This document shows, in pieces, positions 26,360 through 39,791 of a stretch of 64,000 bases of DNA. Position 1 is the first letter of the stretch. The number at the start of each line of letters is the position of its first letter. A program made the translations under genes and the position numbers. The notes under the pieces were generated by a model that was not told the origin of the DNA, did not search any database, and saw nothing but the letters and a program-made list of their open reading frames with translations. Location of the stretch: positions 28,458,001 through 28,522,000 of the forward strand of contig NC_043000.1 of the NCBI RefSeq assembly GCF_006345805.1, in the 5' to 3' direction. The DNA comes from Octopus sinensis (Eukaryota).

Positions 26360-26515
26360 TTCCTCCTTCTTCCTTTCCTATTGGACTTTCCTCTGTTTCT
26401 GAAGAAGAGCTTGGCTCGAAACGTTAAACCATCCTCCTTTCCTTCCTTGATCGTCTGCTAATACTTTACATGTACCACGTCCGCGCGTTGTTGATTTTGG
26501 GGTTTGTTCATCGTT

Positions 26516-26520
<5 letters not shown>
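26360..26520 (+). mobile_element. Penelope-like short repeat
   Basis: Same family as 3610-3782; carries the best-preserved minimal hammerhead. Confidence 0.6.
26395..26429 (+). ncRNA. Minimal type I hammerhead motif (dimer-dependent type)
   Basis: GUUU-CUGAAGA-A-GAGC(UUG)GCUC-GAAA-CG-UU/AAAC: canonical core, 4-bp stems I and II, palindromic ACGU in place of stem III. Confidence 0.6.
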
Positions 26521-26547
<27 letters not shown>

Positions 26548-26575
26548 ATATATATATATCACATTATAGAAGAAA

Positions 26576-27215
26576 TACAGCTACCAAAGTCGGGCTAAAT
26601 TTGACAATTTGTATAAAAGGAAAAGAAAGCAATATGCTAACCCGAAAGTAAATGTATTTCTAATAATAAAAAACTGTCAAAATCTGTCTTGGAGATAACA
26701 GTGGACTCAAATTAGTCTCCCACGTCTTCAACCATGGCCTCAAAACCTGGCCTATGCATTCTTCTTTGTGTCCATGGGAATATTCTCATTAACCATAGGC
26801 ACCAACTCGACCTTGGTACTGCAGGCAGAACGGTTGCTGTCTTTCTCAACCGCATCCCACGCTGAGAAATTCATGAGATTACAATCAAGGAAATTGGGGC
26901 TGGGGGAGTAGCAGAAATTCTCCGTAATCCAATTCTGACTCTTTCTGGAGGTATGGCAAATGTTACGTCCATGTTATATCTCACAGCCTTTAGGGTATTC
27001 AGAGAGCATTGACCAGCTGTCATGGCGTCTGCATTTTGTCACTCGACGCAAATCATCCTGATACGGCTTTTTTTCTAATCTTAAGATGGTTCCCAGTCTT
27101 CCATAACTTTTTTTCCTCAACTACAATTTTAATCTCTATGATTTCCAATGAAATTGACTGTTCACTAGTACCTGAATCTGTACCTGAAAGAGAAAATTTA
27201 GCCTGAACGCCTGTA
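26576..27215 (-). mobile_element. Degenerate, internally deleted Tc1/mariner (maT/DD37D-like) element
   Basis: Minus frame HTSRKSQNWITENF...DCNLMNFSAWDAVEKDSNRSACSTKVEL...EAMVEDVGD resembles a maT-type transposase C-terminus; both ends share tacag...ggctaaattt. Confidence 0.55.
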
Positions 27216-27274
27216 TATATTTAAGGCCGAGTAAAATATATAAGTAGAGTAAAAAGTGCTTATTTTAAGAAATA

Positions 27275-27840
27275 TTAGGTTGTCCGTAAAGTTCGTGTCG
27301 ATTTTTAAAGTAAAGAAAGAAGTCAATAAATACTTGCCATTACATTTTTAATCAACCAAATATGAACCATTTTGTTGCACAATGCGTCTCCATTTTCCCT
27401 TTAACTTGAAAATACCCTCTTCCCAGAATTGAGGCGGTTTCATGGCAAAGAATTCATCAATGTATCTTTTTACGTCATCCAAGGAATTGAAATTTTTACC
27501 ATTAAGACTATTCTGCAGAGACCTGAATAGGTGGAAATCCGAAGGAGCAAGATCTGGTGAATATAGAGGGTGGGGTAACACATCCCAGCCGAGCTGCAGC
27601 AATTTTTGTCTGGTTCCCAAAGCATTAAGTGCCGAAAATGACCTTTGTTATCTTTCATTTTAAAGGGTTACAGAATTAACACAAGTTATTGGAACATAAA
27701 CCTTCTTCCACGAAAAGGTAGCTTAAACTGTGCTCTAAATGGAGGTGTAGTCAAATCCTATTTTATGGACTCAACCATGTTCTAAAATAATTCGAAAAGT
27801 AAGCTACTATAAATCGGCACGAACTTTCCGGACAACCCAA
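27275..27840 (-). mobile_element. Internally deleted mariner element (566 bp) with ~30-bp TIRs and TA TSD
   Basis: TIRs ttaggttgtccgtaaagttcgtgtcgattt / aaatcggcacgaactttccggacaacccaa; YSPDLAPSDFHLF motif; N-terminal MKDNKGHFRHLML fused directly to the C-terminus. Confidence 0.92.
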
Positions 27841-28337
27841 TAAATGACCACGAGGTGGCGAATGGTGGTTCATTGAGGATGCTTGATCTAAACTCTTTCA
27901 CCCTAAATAACATTTGCAAGTATTCGTGGCACATGTATGGAAAAAGAAAATATAAGAAGGTGGGAAACGAAACTATATTTCCTATTTACCTTTCAAGTCT
28001 ATGACCATTGTTCTCTTAAATTGCATATCATTCTTCATTATTGTGTTAGCAGTTTCCCTCCTTCCTCCCCCAACTCTCGCAATGATTCTTACTCTTTATG
28101 CTCATGTGTTTCCTGCATAAATTATATGAATATGAATGCCAGCCAAACCGCTTCTACTTTCACAGAGTTATTTAGACGTATTATGTTTTACGACATATTA
28201 ACAGATTTTTGTTAATGATCTGCACCCCACCCACCCACCCACACACAAGCAAGCAAGCACGCACGCACACGCTTGCGAGCAAGTGAATACATATGCGAGC
28301 ACAAACATATACACACGCATATAAATGTTCATATACA

Positions 28338-28397
<60 letters not shown>

Positions 28398-28417
28398 CAT
28401 GTATATGAACATTTATG

Positions 28418-28452
<35 letters not shown>

Positions 28453-28490
28453 TTATTTATTTATATATATATACATAAATAAATATGTAT

Positions 28491-28524
<34 letters not shown>

Positions 28525-28731
28525 ATATATATATATAGAGAGAGAGAGATATATACATATACATATATGTTCATAAATATTTTAGACGATGTGAGTATGC
28601 ATGTGTGCATGTACCTGAGCTTGAGTAGGCGTCTGTTTTTGTATGCATGTGTATATATTTTTAAATGTGTGTGTATACGTGCGTGTATGTGAATATGGAT
28701 ATACACAGACACATATATTTAATATGTATAT

Positions 28732-28788
<57 letters not shown>

Positions 28789-28860
28789 ACACATACATAT
28801 TATGTATGTATGCGTAAATATGTATGCATAAACAGTGACACACACACACATATATATATA

Positions 28861-28918
<58 letters not shown>

Positions 28919-29005
28919 GCCTATATATATATGTATATATATATACATATATATGTCATGTATATACTGGAAAGAGCCATAAATAAACAGATAGACAACA
29001 GAGAA

Positions 29006-29109
<104 letters not shown>

Positions 29110-29961
29110 GTGCGTACCTTTACACAAGTATATACATATGCATGCTTACATATTCATATATATTCAAATATTCATGTAAAGCTGTTTATATGAGTGTGCG
29201 TAAGTATGTATGTGTGTGTGTTTCTCACTGTCCATGTGTGCGCATGCAAGACTCTATTTCCTGTTTGTTCATAAACACACATCAGCAATACAGATGTTGA
29301 TTAAATTCATATAGTATACGGACAGAAAGAGTTAATAAACTAAGTTCGTTGTAGCCATTTTAGTATTATATACATACAAACACCACCACCATGTCCACCA
29401 CGTGAATCTACAGATACACTAGCAATAGTTCTCGCATTGTAGCACTACCAACACCAACACCAAAACCAAAACCGACACACACTGCCATCAGACGAAGCAG
29501 CAACAACACAACCAGTTAATGGAAGATTGGGTTTCTTGTGTCCAACTGTTGTAACTCAGTATTTCTAATGATAATTTACAGCGAGAGTCCGTCTTGACGT
29601 AGCTGCGGAACTTTGTGTCGAACAAATCTTTGATTTACGCATACTGAGGCTCCGACACGCGAATCTTGTTAATTACTTCGCTATGTGAAAGTGGCGAAAT
29701 CTAGACTAGAGCTTTGACGCCATCAAAAGAACCGAATACTTCGAAGTCAACTAACTTATACGCGACGAGGTTTCCACATCTGTAGACAGTAGAAGAGTTT
29801 ATAAATGTAATGGCGGAGTAATTGTGAGGGTGAGGGGGAGTGGAGCTAAATAACGGGGTAGGAGGTGTTTAAAGAGGATATATGAGAAAGATAAGAAATA
29901 TAACGAGAAGGGCGAGAGAAAGGTACATTCTACATACATATATAAACACAAACACACACAT

Positions 29962-30040
<79 letters not shown>

Positions 30041-30044
30041 CGCA

Positions 30045-30350
30045 TACGGTGCTCCAGCATGGCCGCAGTCAACTGACTGAAACAAGTAAAAGAGTAAAAG
30101 AGTATATATGTATATTGAATTCTTTTATTCTTTTACTTGTTTCAGTCATTTGACTGCGGCCATGGTGGAGCACCGCCATTAGTGGAGAAAATCTACCCCA
30201 GGATTTATTCTTTGTAAGCCTAGTACTTATTCTATCGCCCACTTTTGCTGAACCGCTATGTTACGGAGATGTAAACACACCAGCATTGGTTGACAAACGA
30301 TGGTGGGGTGACAAACACAGACAAACAAACATATACACACACACACGCGC
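30045..30350. mobile_element. Two SINE family B 3' fragments, tail-to-tail
   Basis: + tail at 30045-30112; - 3' half at 30120-30350. Confidence 0.75.
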
Positions 30351-30399
30351 ACACACTCACACACATACACACACACACGCACACACACATATATATATT

Positions 30400-30565
30400 T
30401 TTTTCCCTCTGTCTTCCCTTCTCTGGATCTTTCCTTCTTCTATGTTTCCGACGAAGAGCTTGAAACGTTAAACCCTCCTTTCCTTCTTTCCTGAGCGTCC
30501 AATAATACTACATTTGTTCCACGTCCTCGCGTTGTTGTGTTTTTTGGTGGTTTCTTGTTTGGACT
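30400..30565 (+). mobile_element. Penelope-like short repeat; hammerhead stem II partly deleted (30444-30473)
   Basis: gttt-ccgacga-a-gagctt-gaaa-cgtt-aaac. Confidence 0.5.
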
Positions 30566-31029
30566 AACTATATATATATATGTATATATATATATACTCA
30601 TATATATTTACACATATATGTATACATATATAAATATATATATATGTGTGTGTATTTGCATGCATGTATGTATGCATGTACATTCTTATATATTCAAGTT
30701 AGAAACAGAGAGTGGCGCATTGTAAAGTTCCGTAAAAGGTAACAAGTGATTTAAACTTATATATGTGTGTGTGTGAAAGTTTGAGTGAACTTGTTTCTGT
30801 GTGTGCGTGTGTGTCAGTGTTTGTCAGAGTGCGTGTATATGTACATATATTGTAAAACTGGTGTTGGTTGGGTCTTTCAGTTTAGCCTTGCTTGAAACTA
30901 ATAACCCCAATTTAACACATACGCGTGCACATATACGCAAACACACATACACACGCGCATCACATAAAAGACTACGATCGCGTGCTGTTTGATAAGTTTA
31001 TAAATTAACTTGCATTCAAATAATAAACG

Positions 31030-32190
31030 TGTGCGTGTGTGAGTGAGTGAGTGAGTGAGAGTGTAAGTGAGTGAGTGAGTAAGTGGCTGAGTGAAAGGGT
31101 GAGTGAGAGTGTAAGTGAGTGAGTGAGTAAGTGGCTGAGTGAATGGGTGAGTGAGAGAGTGATTGATTGAGTGAATGAGTGTGTGAGTCAGTGAGTGAGT
31201 GAGTGAATGAATGAATGTGTGAGTGAGTGAGTGAGTGAGTGAGTGAGTGAGTGAGTGAGTGGGTGAGTGAATGAGTGAGTGAGTGGCTGAGTGAATGGGT
31301 GAGTGAGAGAGTGATTGATTGAGTGAATGAGTGTGTGAGTGAGTGAGTGAGTGAGTGAGTGAATGAATGAATGAATGTGTGATTGAGTGAGTGAGTGAGT
31401 GAGTGATTGAGTGAGTGAGTGAGTGAGTGGGTGAGTGAATGAGTGAGTGAGTGGCTGAGTGAATGGGTGAGTGACTGAGTGATTGATTGAGTGAGTGAAC
31501 GAGTGTATGGGTGAGTGAGTGAGTGAATGAATGAGTGTGTGAGTGAGTGAGTGAGTGAGTGAGTGAGTGAGTTAGTGTGTAAGTGAGTGTGTGAGTGAGT
31601 GAATGGGTGATTGAGTGAATGAGTGAGTGAGCGAGTTAGTGAGTGAGTGAGTTAGTGAGTGAGTAAGTGAGAGATCGAATGAGTGAGTGAGTGAGTGAAG
31701 AAGTGAGTAAGTTAGTGAGTAGCTGAGTGAATGGCTGAGTGAGTGAGTGAGTGAGTGAGTGAGTGAGTGAATGAATGAATGAATGTGTGATTGAGTGAGT
31801 GAGTGAGTGAGTGATGAGTGAGTGAGTGAGTGAGTGGGTGAGTGAATGAGTGAGTGAGTGGCTGAGTGAATGGGTGAGTGACTGAGTGATTGATTGAGTG
31901 AGTGAACGAGTGTATGGGTGAGTGAGTGAGTGAATGAATGAATGAATGTGTGAGTGAGTGAGTGAGTGAGTGAGTGAGTGAGTTAGTGTGTAAGTGAGTG
32001 TGTGAGTGAGTGAATGGGTGATTGAGTGAATGAGTGAGTGAGCGAGTTAGTGAGTGAGTGAGTTAGTGAGTGAGTAAGTGAGAGATCGAATGAGTGAGTG
32101 AGTGAGTGAAGAAGTGAGTAAGTTAGTGAGTAGCTGAGTGAATGGCTGAGTGAGTGAGTGAGTGAGTGAATAAGTGTGTAAGTTAGTGTA
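31030..32190. repeat. Complex (GAGT)n/(GAAT)n array with a ~411-bp higher-order duplication
   Basis: The rare marker gagatcgaatgag recurs at 31673 and 32084 with matching flanks. Confidence 0.9.
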
Positions 32191-32250
32191 TGTGTGTGTG
32201 TGTATGTGTGTGTGTGTGTGTGCGTGCGTGTGTGTTATGTTATTGTGCAG

Positions 32251-32338
32251 GAAGGAAAAGTCACCCAGGGTCGTGTTTTACAAAGAAACCTCTTGCAGAA
32301 AGGTAAAACCGGAAAAATCACCCCTTTTGCTGATGTAG
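32251..32338 (+). other. Possible isolated 88-bp exon (unsupported by homology)
   Basis: ttattgtgcag| ... TAG|gtatgt splice-like ends; open frame EGKVTQGRVLQRNLLQKGKTGKITPFADV; protein not recognised. Confidence 0.2.
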
Positions 32339-33164
32339 GTATGTCTTTTATGAGAAAAGTCAAGAAGACTCTTTGGAATTTTCATTTATGCATCTTCTTC
32401 TTCTTCTTTTTTTATAAGTGTTATTTCAAGATGCAGGGCTGGTGGAATTGTTAGAGAATCGTGCAACCGTTTTTCAGAATTAGCTCCAACTCTACGTTCT
32501 GAGTTCAAAAAGAGCTGAGGTCAACTTTGCTTTACATCATTCAGGGACCGATAAGATAAAGTGCCTCTGATGCTCTAGGGTACACGGTATCCACTGACCC
32601 CTCTGCAACCCCAAATTAATAACCTCATATCTTACCAGAAACCAGTTATAAGTGTTTACATACATGAACAGTTTGAAGTTGTCATAGCAATGTTTGTTTT
32701 TTAAATATATTTGACGTATTAATAATGACCTGATGGATGTGCGTGTTTCTTACTTTTTTATTCTCCTCCTCTGTACCGTATTTCTAACGTTGTGGACTAG
32801 TTCATGGTAGGATGTAACATCGATAAACATCATACTTTGGAATTGGTTGTTGTCATACAATGTGCGTTTCTTGTTTAATGTTTTTCTTTCAAACTGTTCA
32901 AGAATTTACTCTGACGCGTAGCAGGTCAAAATATTTGCAGCAGTGGTTCGATATCACTGATCGTCTCCGCAGAATAGCATGTGGGGTTTGAAAACCTGTA
33001 CCTGGTTTCTGAGGTCCGAAGGCATGTTCAGACATGTTACATTTCTCATCATCTTAAATAAATATTAGCATTTATTGAAATTTCAGTGTTCTTTAGCTTT
33101 ATATAAAGCCTATGGCTTTTGGACCACAGGCTTCATATAGTGCGAGTGGAGAAGTTGTATCTTA

Positions 33165-33460
33165 TTTTTTTATTTCCCACAAGGGGCTAAACATAGAGGG
33201 GACAAACAAGGACAGACAAACGGATTAAGTCGATTATATCGACCTCAGTGCGTAACTGGTACTTATTTAATCGAATCAGAAAGGATGAAAGGTAAAGTCG
33301 ACCTCGGCGGAATTTGAACTCAGAACGTTGCGGCAGACGAAATACCAAGAAGCATTTCGTCCGGCGAGCTAACGTTTCTACCAGCTCGCCGCCTTTCCCA
33401 GCTCGTCGCCTTTTCCAAGCTCGCGGATGTTTCCAGCTCGCTGCCGTTTCCAGCTCGCCT
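33165..33460 (-). mobile_element. SINE family A with ~5 tandem repeats of its 5' terminus
   Basis: Repeated ttccagctcgc units at 33380-33460. Confidence 0.8.
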
Positions 33461-33792
33461 TGTATCTTGCCACCTATAATGGTTAGCCATAATTCTGTAT
33501 CTAGAACTGAAAGTCTTCTGTTGGGATGTTTCGAGGGGTAATCCTATTCCCCTCAATACATCGGTAGATGGAATTTATGTGCAGGATCTTTCTCCATTGT
33601 GTTTTCTTGTTTTCTGCTTTATGCACAATGTTTGTGTCGTCATGTAACGAGAATGCATTACTAAATGTATAAGATTATCTAGTGGGTCTCATTTCAGTTG
33701 CTTGTCTCAACATAGCATGAAGTGTTAGATTACGTCTCCATCACAGTCAACTCTGATGGCTACATTTGGAATATGTGGCCTTATTATTGTCA

Positions 33793-34186
33793 TATCTATA
33801 TAAATAAAGCTGAACTTATCTGTCTGTGGCAGGTTTGGTAGCCTTCAACTAACACTATCTCCTCCGAGACCCTGCGGCACAAGTTGACCAAAATTGAGAG
33901 TATGATAGAAGAAGGCTTGCTCTTCATTCTGTAGAAGATAAAATTTAAATCGAACCATGTTAACACCAAAAATTATTTACAACAAAAAGGTGTTTTTTTC
34001 TATGAAAATCCCTATTTATTACGATTTTTTGACTGCTGTGTCGCCATTTTTCGGTGTATTTCAACCAGAAAATGTTCACTTAAAGAGAATAACAAGCCAC
34101 ATAATGCAAAATTTTACTTTTCAAAAATTCCAATTCTAAAGGGTCGAAATGAAACAAACCCGAGCAACGCCGGGCGATACTGATAG
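33793..34186 (-). mobile_element. Non-autonomous Helitron-like element (same class as 25479-26273)
   Basis: 5' CTATCAGTATCGCCCGGCGTTGCTCGGG hairpin; 3' ACAGACAGATAAG...TTTATTTATATAGAT. Confidence 0.6.
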
Positions 34187-34744
34187 AATATGCTAAAGCC
34201 AACAGTGTGTGTCATCCTATTTAATCACAGTCCCTTGAAGTTTGAATGGCTTAGTTCAGCTGTTTTTACAGCCGAAATAATAGCTGATGGTCTAACTTGC
34301 CCGTGCCTGGTGTAGCCAAACTTTTTCAGGTTCAGTTTTGTTCAAGTATCACATACATATAAGTTTTATCAGAAATCCTAATACATTGGTATTGACATTG
34401 TGAAACACTATATCACTGACACAAATTATCTCCACACACTTTTCTTTGCTAAAATCAATATCAATCGATGGATATAATTACATTACATCCGTGCTACCTA
34501 GAATATAATCTCTGAGGTCATCTGAGTGGTTGCAATCACCGATTCGGTGGAGGAGGTTTTCAGCAACGTTGCAGATATTTCGAGATACCTCTATTCTGAG
34601 AGAAAACATAGCAGCCTATGATTGTTGGAGATGCTGGTTCTGGAAGGTGTGCTGGCTAGTCTGTAGGAACAAAACTTTGTAAAATGTTTACAGACATTTT
34701 GCCAAATTTACCTGTGATGAAGCATATTTCTTTATTTTTAATAC

Positions 34745-35075
34745 GTTGTTGCAGGTTTTCGTCTACCAAATCCACTCACAAGACTTTGGTCGGCCCGAGG
34801 CTATAAGTACAAGACGCTTGCCCAAGGTGCCACGCAGTGGGACGGAACACAGAATCATGTGCTTAGTAAGCAAGCTACTTGCCACACAGCCACTCCTACA
34901 TAACCTTCATTTAATATTTTATAAACTTCCAGAGGACAGCAATAGGTATGTATCTCTTTTACTTGTTGCAGGCATTTGACTGCGGTCATACTGGAGCACC
35001 ACATTTAGTCGAACAAATCTACCCCGGGACTTATTCTTTGTAAGCCTTGTACTCATTTTATCGGTCTCTTTTGCT
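34745..35075 (-). mobile_element. SINE family B fragments (head and 3' half)
   Basis: Homology to 14030-14449. Confidence 0.7.
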
Positions 35076-36204
35076 GCGTGTGGCGAATGTGCATTAACAC
35101 AGGATAGTCGCCTGTATAGTATGAATCTAAGCCACTGGATATACCTCATTTTAATTTCATCAGCCCAGCTCTTATGTGCTGGTTTAGGGCATTTTGGAAG
35201 AAGTTAATTTTTGAGTTTTCTTTCACTTAGATTGATTGGAGTTTTCTTTCTCCTAGATTGATTGCTTTGAACACCAATAAGTATCTCAGTCTACCTTTGC
35301 AAAAACTTATTTCACTCATACATGGGAATCTGACAAATACTACCGTTCCGAGTCAGAACGCTTGGAGTAATGATAATTAAAGGGTGACTCCACTCCCCTC
35401 CCGAATCTTGATCTCCCGAAATGGAGCCTCACCAGCGGATGGAGTTTAGCATCATGATCGGGACAACAGCATTATAACTCAATAATAATTTGTAATGAAT
35501 CAAAGAACAGCTTTACGTGATTTTTATACTTAAGATACTAATAAATGTGTTCTGTTTTGCAAATTAATCTGTAGGTTGTTTCCAGGGTTGGTAGTAAATT
35601 GATCTCTGCTCAATATTAGTTGAATGTTAGTCCATATTTTTAAAAGTAACGAAAGGTTGTGAGCCTCATTATCTCAAATATTCCTGTATGATTTTAAATA
35701 AAATAATTTTTTTTAAATCGTAGAAGTATTTTAAAATGCTAATTAATATTAATGTAATTTAAAATCATGATTAATGAAACCATTAAAAGATTTGTCAAAA
35801 ATAGGTAAAAACAAACAGGAATGAAGGCTAATTTGGTGAGAGGAACAATTATGTATGACCTGCTGTAATTCTACCGCCAAATATACTCCGCACACACCTT
35901 CACCATCTCAATTACAGATGTATTCACACGCACATAAACTCTCAATGAAGCCTACGGAAACTTATCCATGCGCCACCGAGTCTGAATTATTAATTAATTA
36001 TTTATTTTTAAATTACTTTAATAATATTATTTTACATCATTTTGAAATTTTTGATAAAAATCACGCCCTAAATCCATTTTTCCTAAAAAAAAATGAACTA
36101 AATTCTATAATTAGCTGGTTGAACATAATTCACTGAATTCAGTAATGTCTCAAAATATGGTGCAGATTTAAATCTCATTCCTGTTGATATATCAACTTTA
36201 AGTA

Positions 36205-37448
36205 TTGGGTTGTCTGGAAAGTTCGTGCCGATTTATAGCAGCTTACCTATCGACTTATTTTAGAACATGGTTGAGTCCATAAAAGAGGATTTGACTACAC
36301 CTCCATTTAGAGCACAATTTAAGCTATCTTAACCCGTGTTAATTATGTAACCCCTTAAAATGGAAGTTCATTTTCGGCACTTGATGCTTCTCTTTTTCCG
36401 TAAAAGGAAAATTGCCTCACAAGCAACCAAAGAAATATGCGCAGTTTACGGTGATAATTCTTTATCCGAAAGAAATGTACGGAAGTGGTTCGCAAGGTTC
36501 CGAGCTGGAGATTGTAGCCTTATTGATAATGAGCGATCAAGTAGACCATTCTCTACAGATGATGACCAAATCATGTTATTAATTGAGAATAACCCACATT
36601 GCACAACCCGAGATTTGGCAGAAAGCCTCACCCTATAAAAATCTGTCGTTCATGAGCACCTGATAAAGCTTGGGCACACAAATCGCTACGATGTTTGGGT
36701 ACCACTTGAGTTGAGTGAAAAGAACCTTTTGGATCGCATTTCCATCTATGATGCGCTTTATAAACGGAATGAAAACGCGCCTTTTTTAAAGCAAATTGTG
36801 ACAGATGATGAGAAATAAATTATCTACTGAAATCTTCAGAGAAAGCGATCCTGGAGTTAGCGACATGAACCACCCTTATCCATACCAAAAGCGGGTCTAC
36901 ACCCTAAAAAAGTATTGCTTTGTGTGTGTTGGGATTGGAAAGGAATTTTGTACGATGCGCTTCTTCCAAGTAACCAAACAATTATTTCTGAGAAATTCTG
37001 CATACAACTGGATGAGTTAAAAGCAGCGATTCAAGATAAACGTCCAGAATTGGCCAAATCAAGGGTTTTGTTTTCCAACATGATAATGCAAGACCGCACG
37101 TTTCTTTGGCAACCAGACAAAAATTACTGCAGCTCGGCTGGGATGCATTACCCCATCTTCCATATTCACCAGATATTGCTCCTTCGGATTTCCACTTATT
37201 CAGGTCTCTGCAGAATAGTCTTAATGGTAGCAATTTCAATTCCTTGAATGACGTAAAAAGATACCTTGATGAATTCTTTGCCATGAAACCACTTCAATTC
37301 TGGGAAGAGGGTATGATGTTAAGGGAAAGATGGAGACGCGTTGTGCAACAAAATGGTCCATATTTGGTTGATTAAAAATGTAATGGCAAGTATTTATTGA
37401 CCTTTTTCTTTCCTTTAAAAATCGACACGAACTTTTCGGACAACACAA
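36205..37448 (+). mobile_element. Near full-length mariner element (1244 bp) with TIRs and TA TSD
   Basis: TIRs ttgggttgtctggaaagttcgtgccgattt / aaatcgacacgaacttttcggacaacacaa; TA at 36203-04 and 37449-50. Confidence 0.93.
36360..37375 (+). pseudogene. Mariner DD34D transposase, broken by stops and frameshifts
   Basis: HFRHLML, WFARFRAG, DVWVPLEL, IVTDDEK, HDNARPH and YSPDIAPSDFHLF motifs across frames. Confidence 0.9.
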
Positions 37449-37504
37449 TACTTTCGGTATTCTTTCCATTTTGCTCAAGAAGTACTTATTTATAACCGTC
37501 ATTT

Positions 37505-37982
37505 CTATCTCTTTTACTCTTTTACTTGTTTCAGTCATTTGTAACCATGCTGGAGCACCACCATTAGTCGAACGAATCGAGCCCAGGATTTATTCTTTGT
37601 AAGCATATTACTTATTCTATCGTTCTCTTTTGCCGAACCGCTAAGTTACAGGGACGTAAACACACCAGCATCGGTTGTCAAGCGATGGTTGGGGACAAAC
37701 ACAGGCACTGAAACATATATATGTGCGTGTGTGTGTTTGTGTGTGTGTGTGTGTGTGTGCGTGTGTGTGTGTGTGTGTGTTGTGTGTGTGTGTGTGTGTG
37801 TGTACGACGGACTTCTTTCAGTCTCCGTCTACCATATCCACTCACAAGGCTTTGTGAGTGGATATGGTACTATAGCCTGAATTCATAGTAGAAGACACTT
37901 GCGCAAGGTGCCACGCAGTGGGAATGAACCCGGAACCATGCGGTTGGGCAGCAAGCTTCTTACTACATAGCCACGCCTGCGT
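37505..37982 (-). mobile_element. Full-length SINE family B
   Basis: Homology to 14030-14449, with an internal (TG)n linker. Confidence 0.85.
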
Positions 37983-38150
37983 CTATGTAGATAGATGAAA
38001 TAGATAGACAGACGGACGGACGGACGGACGGACTGACAGACAGACAGACAGTCAGTCAGACAGACAGGCAGACAGGCAGTCAGACAGACAGGCAGACAGA
38101 CAGATAGACAGGCAGATAGATATATGGATAGATAGTTAAATAGATAGATA

Positions 38151-39791
38151 ACTTTTTATTGTGGCCACACAGGGCTAAACACAGAATAAAAATGGACGAA
38201 ATACAATGTAGAGTTTTTTCTTTTCGAGGTGGGATGGGTGGGACACAAAGAAAAAGAAACGTTCGATCAATAGGGATCTGTGGGTTGTGTGGTGTATAAA
38301 AATATAATATATATATATAAATAAAGTTCACAGTTTAGGTGTAGCCCTGGAAAGAAAAACCTACAAAAAAGACCAAGGTCACCTCAGACAGTTCGAAAAT
38401 GAACACATGATAAGTCGCCTTACCTCTCGTTGTCTCTTTTGGTCACAGATTTACGCTTAAAATAGTGTTGTCTTTCATACTGACCATTTTTGCCACTTTT
38501 ATCCACTTTTTATTAAAACATTCGTTCGACAAAGCCTTCCTCTCTATTCTCATCCTCCTTTTCAAGTGGTACTTGAAAAAGTTGACGAGAGACTGACCAG
38601 AGAGGAAGATGTTTGTTTGCAGTCCTTTCAAACGCGTCCACCACACACATTCTTTCGCCATAGCCATCAGCGTAACGAAAACCGTTTTCCCTTCCCGTTT
38701 AAAGGAAGGTGGTGGAACAATATTCACGATAGACTCGGCCGATAAGCGGGCCCATCCTACACGCGACAACAGCTGTTCGACGAGGGTCCACAGCTCTGTA
38801 ATATCTGGACACTGCACGAGTGCGTGCAGAACGGTTTCGTAGCTCTGACCGATTCTCGGGCAGGTCGGTCCGGTGATGGTTTTCGAACCGTGCCTCTAGC
38901 TCTTCTCTCGAACAGGTAGTGCGTCTCGATAGCATTGCCAAGCCAGGGATTTCTGGAAGTTATCCGTAGGCCCCGGCCCGAACGTCGTCCTGAACAGGCG
39001 GGTTAGGAATTTCTCGTCGACACCCAGGTTTGCCCCGAGTGTGTCGTCGGACCTCCACTCCACTAGTACTCTATAGAACGCTTTAGGCGTTTGTAAGTTG
39101 CACAAGTTTGACCCCGGTCGGCAGCGCTGCTGTAGGGCTTGGCGACACTCTCGGTGCCAATCGCCCAGTTTCGGTCTCTTCCTGATCCACGTTTGCAGTT
39201 CGGTCAGTGAGACGAGCTGCGGGAAGGCGCGCCTCACAAACGGCGCCCACACCTGTTCACCGTCATCGATGAAGTTCCGGAGATGTCGCAGTCTCAGCGC
39301 ATGCCTGCGCGTCATCAACCACGGCATGCCTAGTCCTCCATTCAACGGATATTGACAGCAAATGTATCTCCTCACCATTGGAACGCCACCCTTCCACAGG
39401 AAGCGGAAGAGTATGCGTTGCAGTTTGGTGATGGTGGCGTCGGGACAGGGCACGACGGTCAGGCGGTAATCGATGACGGATGCGATGTGCGCGTTCGCCA
39501 CCTCCGCCCGACCTTTTAGAGACAGCTTTCTCTCGGCCCATGTTTGGCTGAGAGCGACCACTCTACTCGTGATCTCGTCCTAGTTCTTATCCATTTGGAG
39601 ATCCGGACTGAACCAGACCCCGAGCAATTTAACCGGTCCGTCCGTCCAGCGTCCCACTACTGAGCCGCAGTCGGACGGCATGGGCTTGCTTCTCCAGGTG
39701 CCGAGTAGCAAACCCACTGACTTTTCCGGGTTAATCTTCGCTCCCGTCACCGTTTCGTATTTTCTTAGTGTCTCGCCTATCATCTGGATGT
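38151..39791 (-). mobile_element. 5'-truncated Tx1/L1-like LINE (end of RT, zf-RVT region, CCHC-like finger, 3' UTR) inserted in (GATA)n with 16-bp candidate TSD
   Basis: [45 protein letters not shown] and TCPRIGQSYETVLHALVQCP; ends AATAAAAAG; gttaaatagatagata at 38135-38150 and 39792-39807. Confidence 0.88.

Noticed and set aside
29575-29760. CpG-rich unique stretch with a short open frame RVRLDVAAELCVEQIFDLRILRL
   Set aside because: Ends in a stop after ~35 codons, no donor site, no homology I can recognise.
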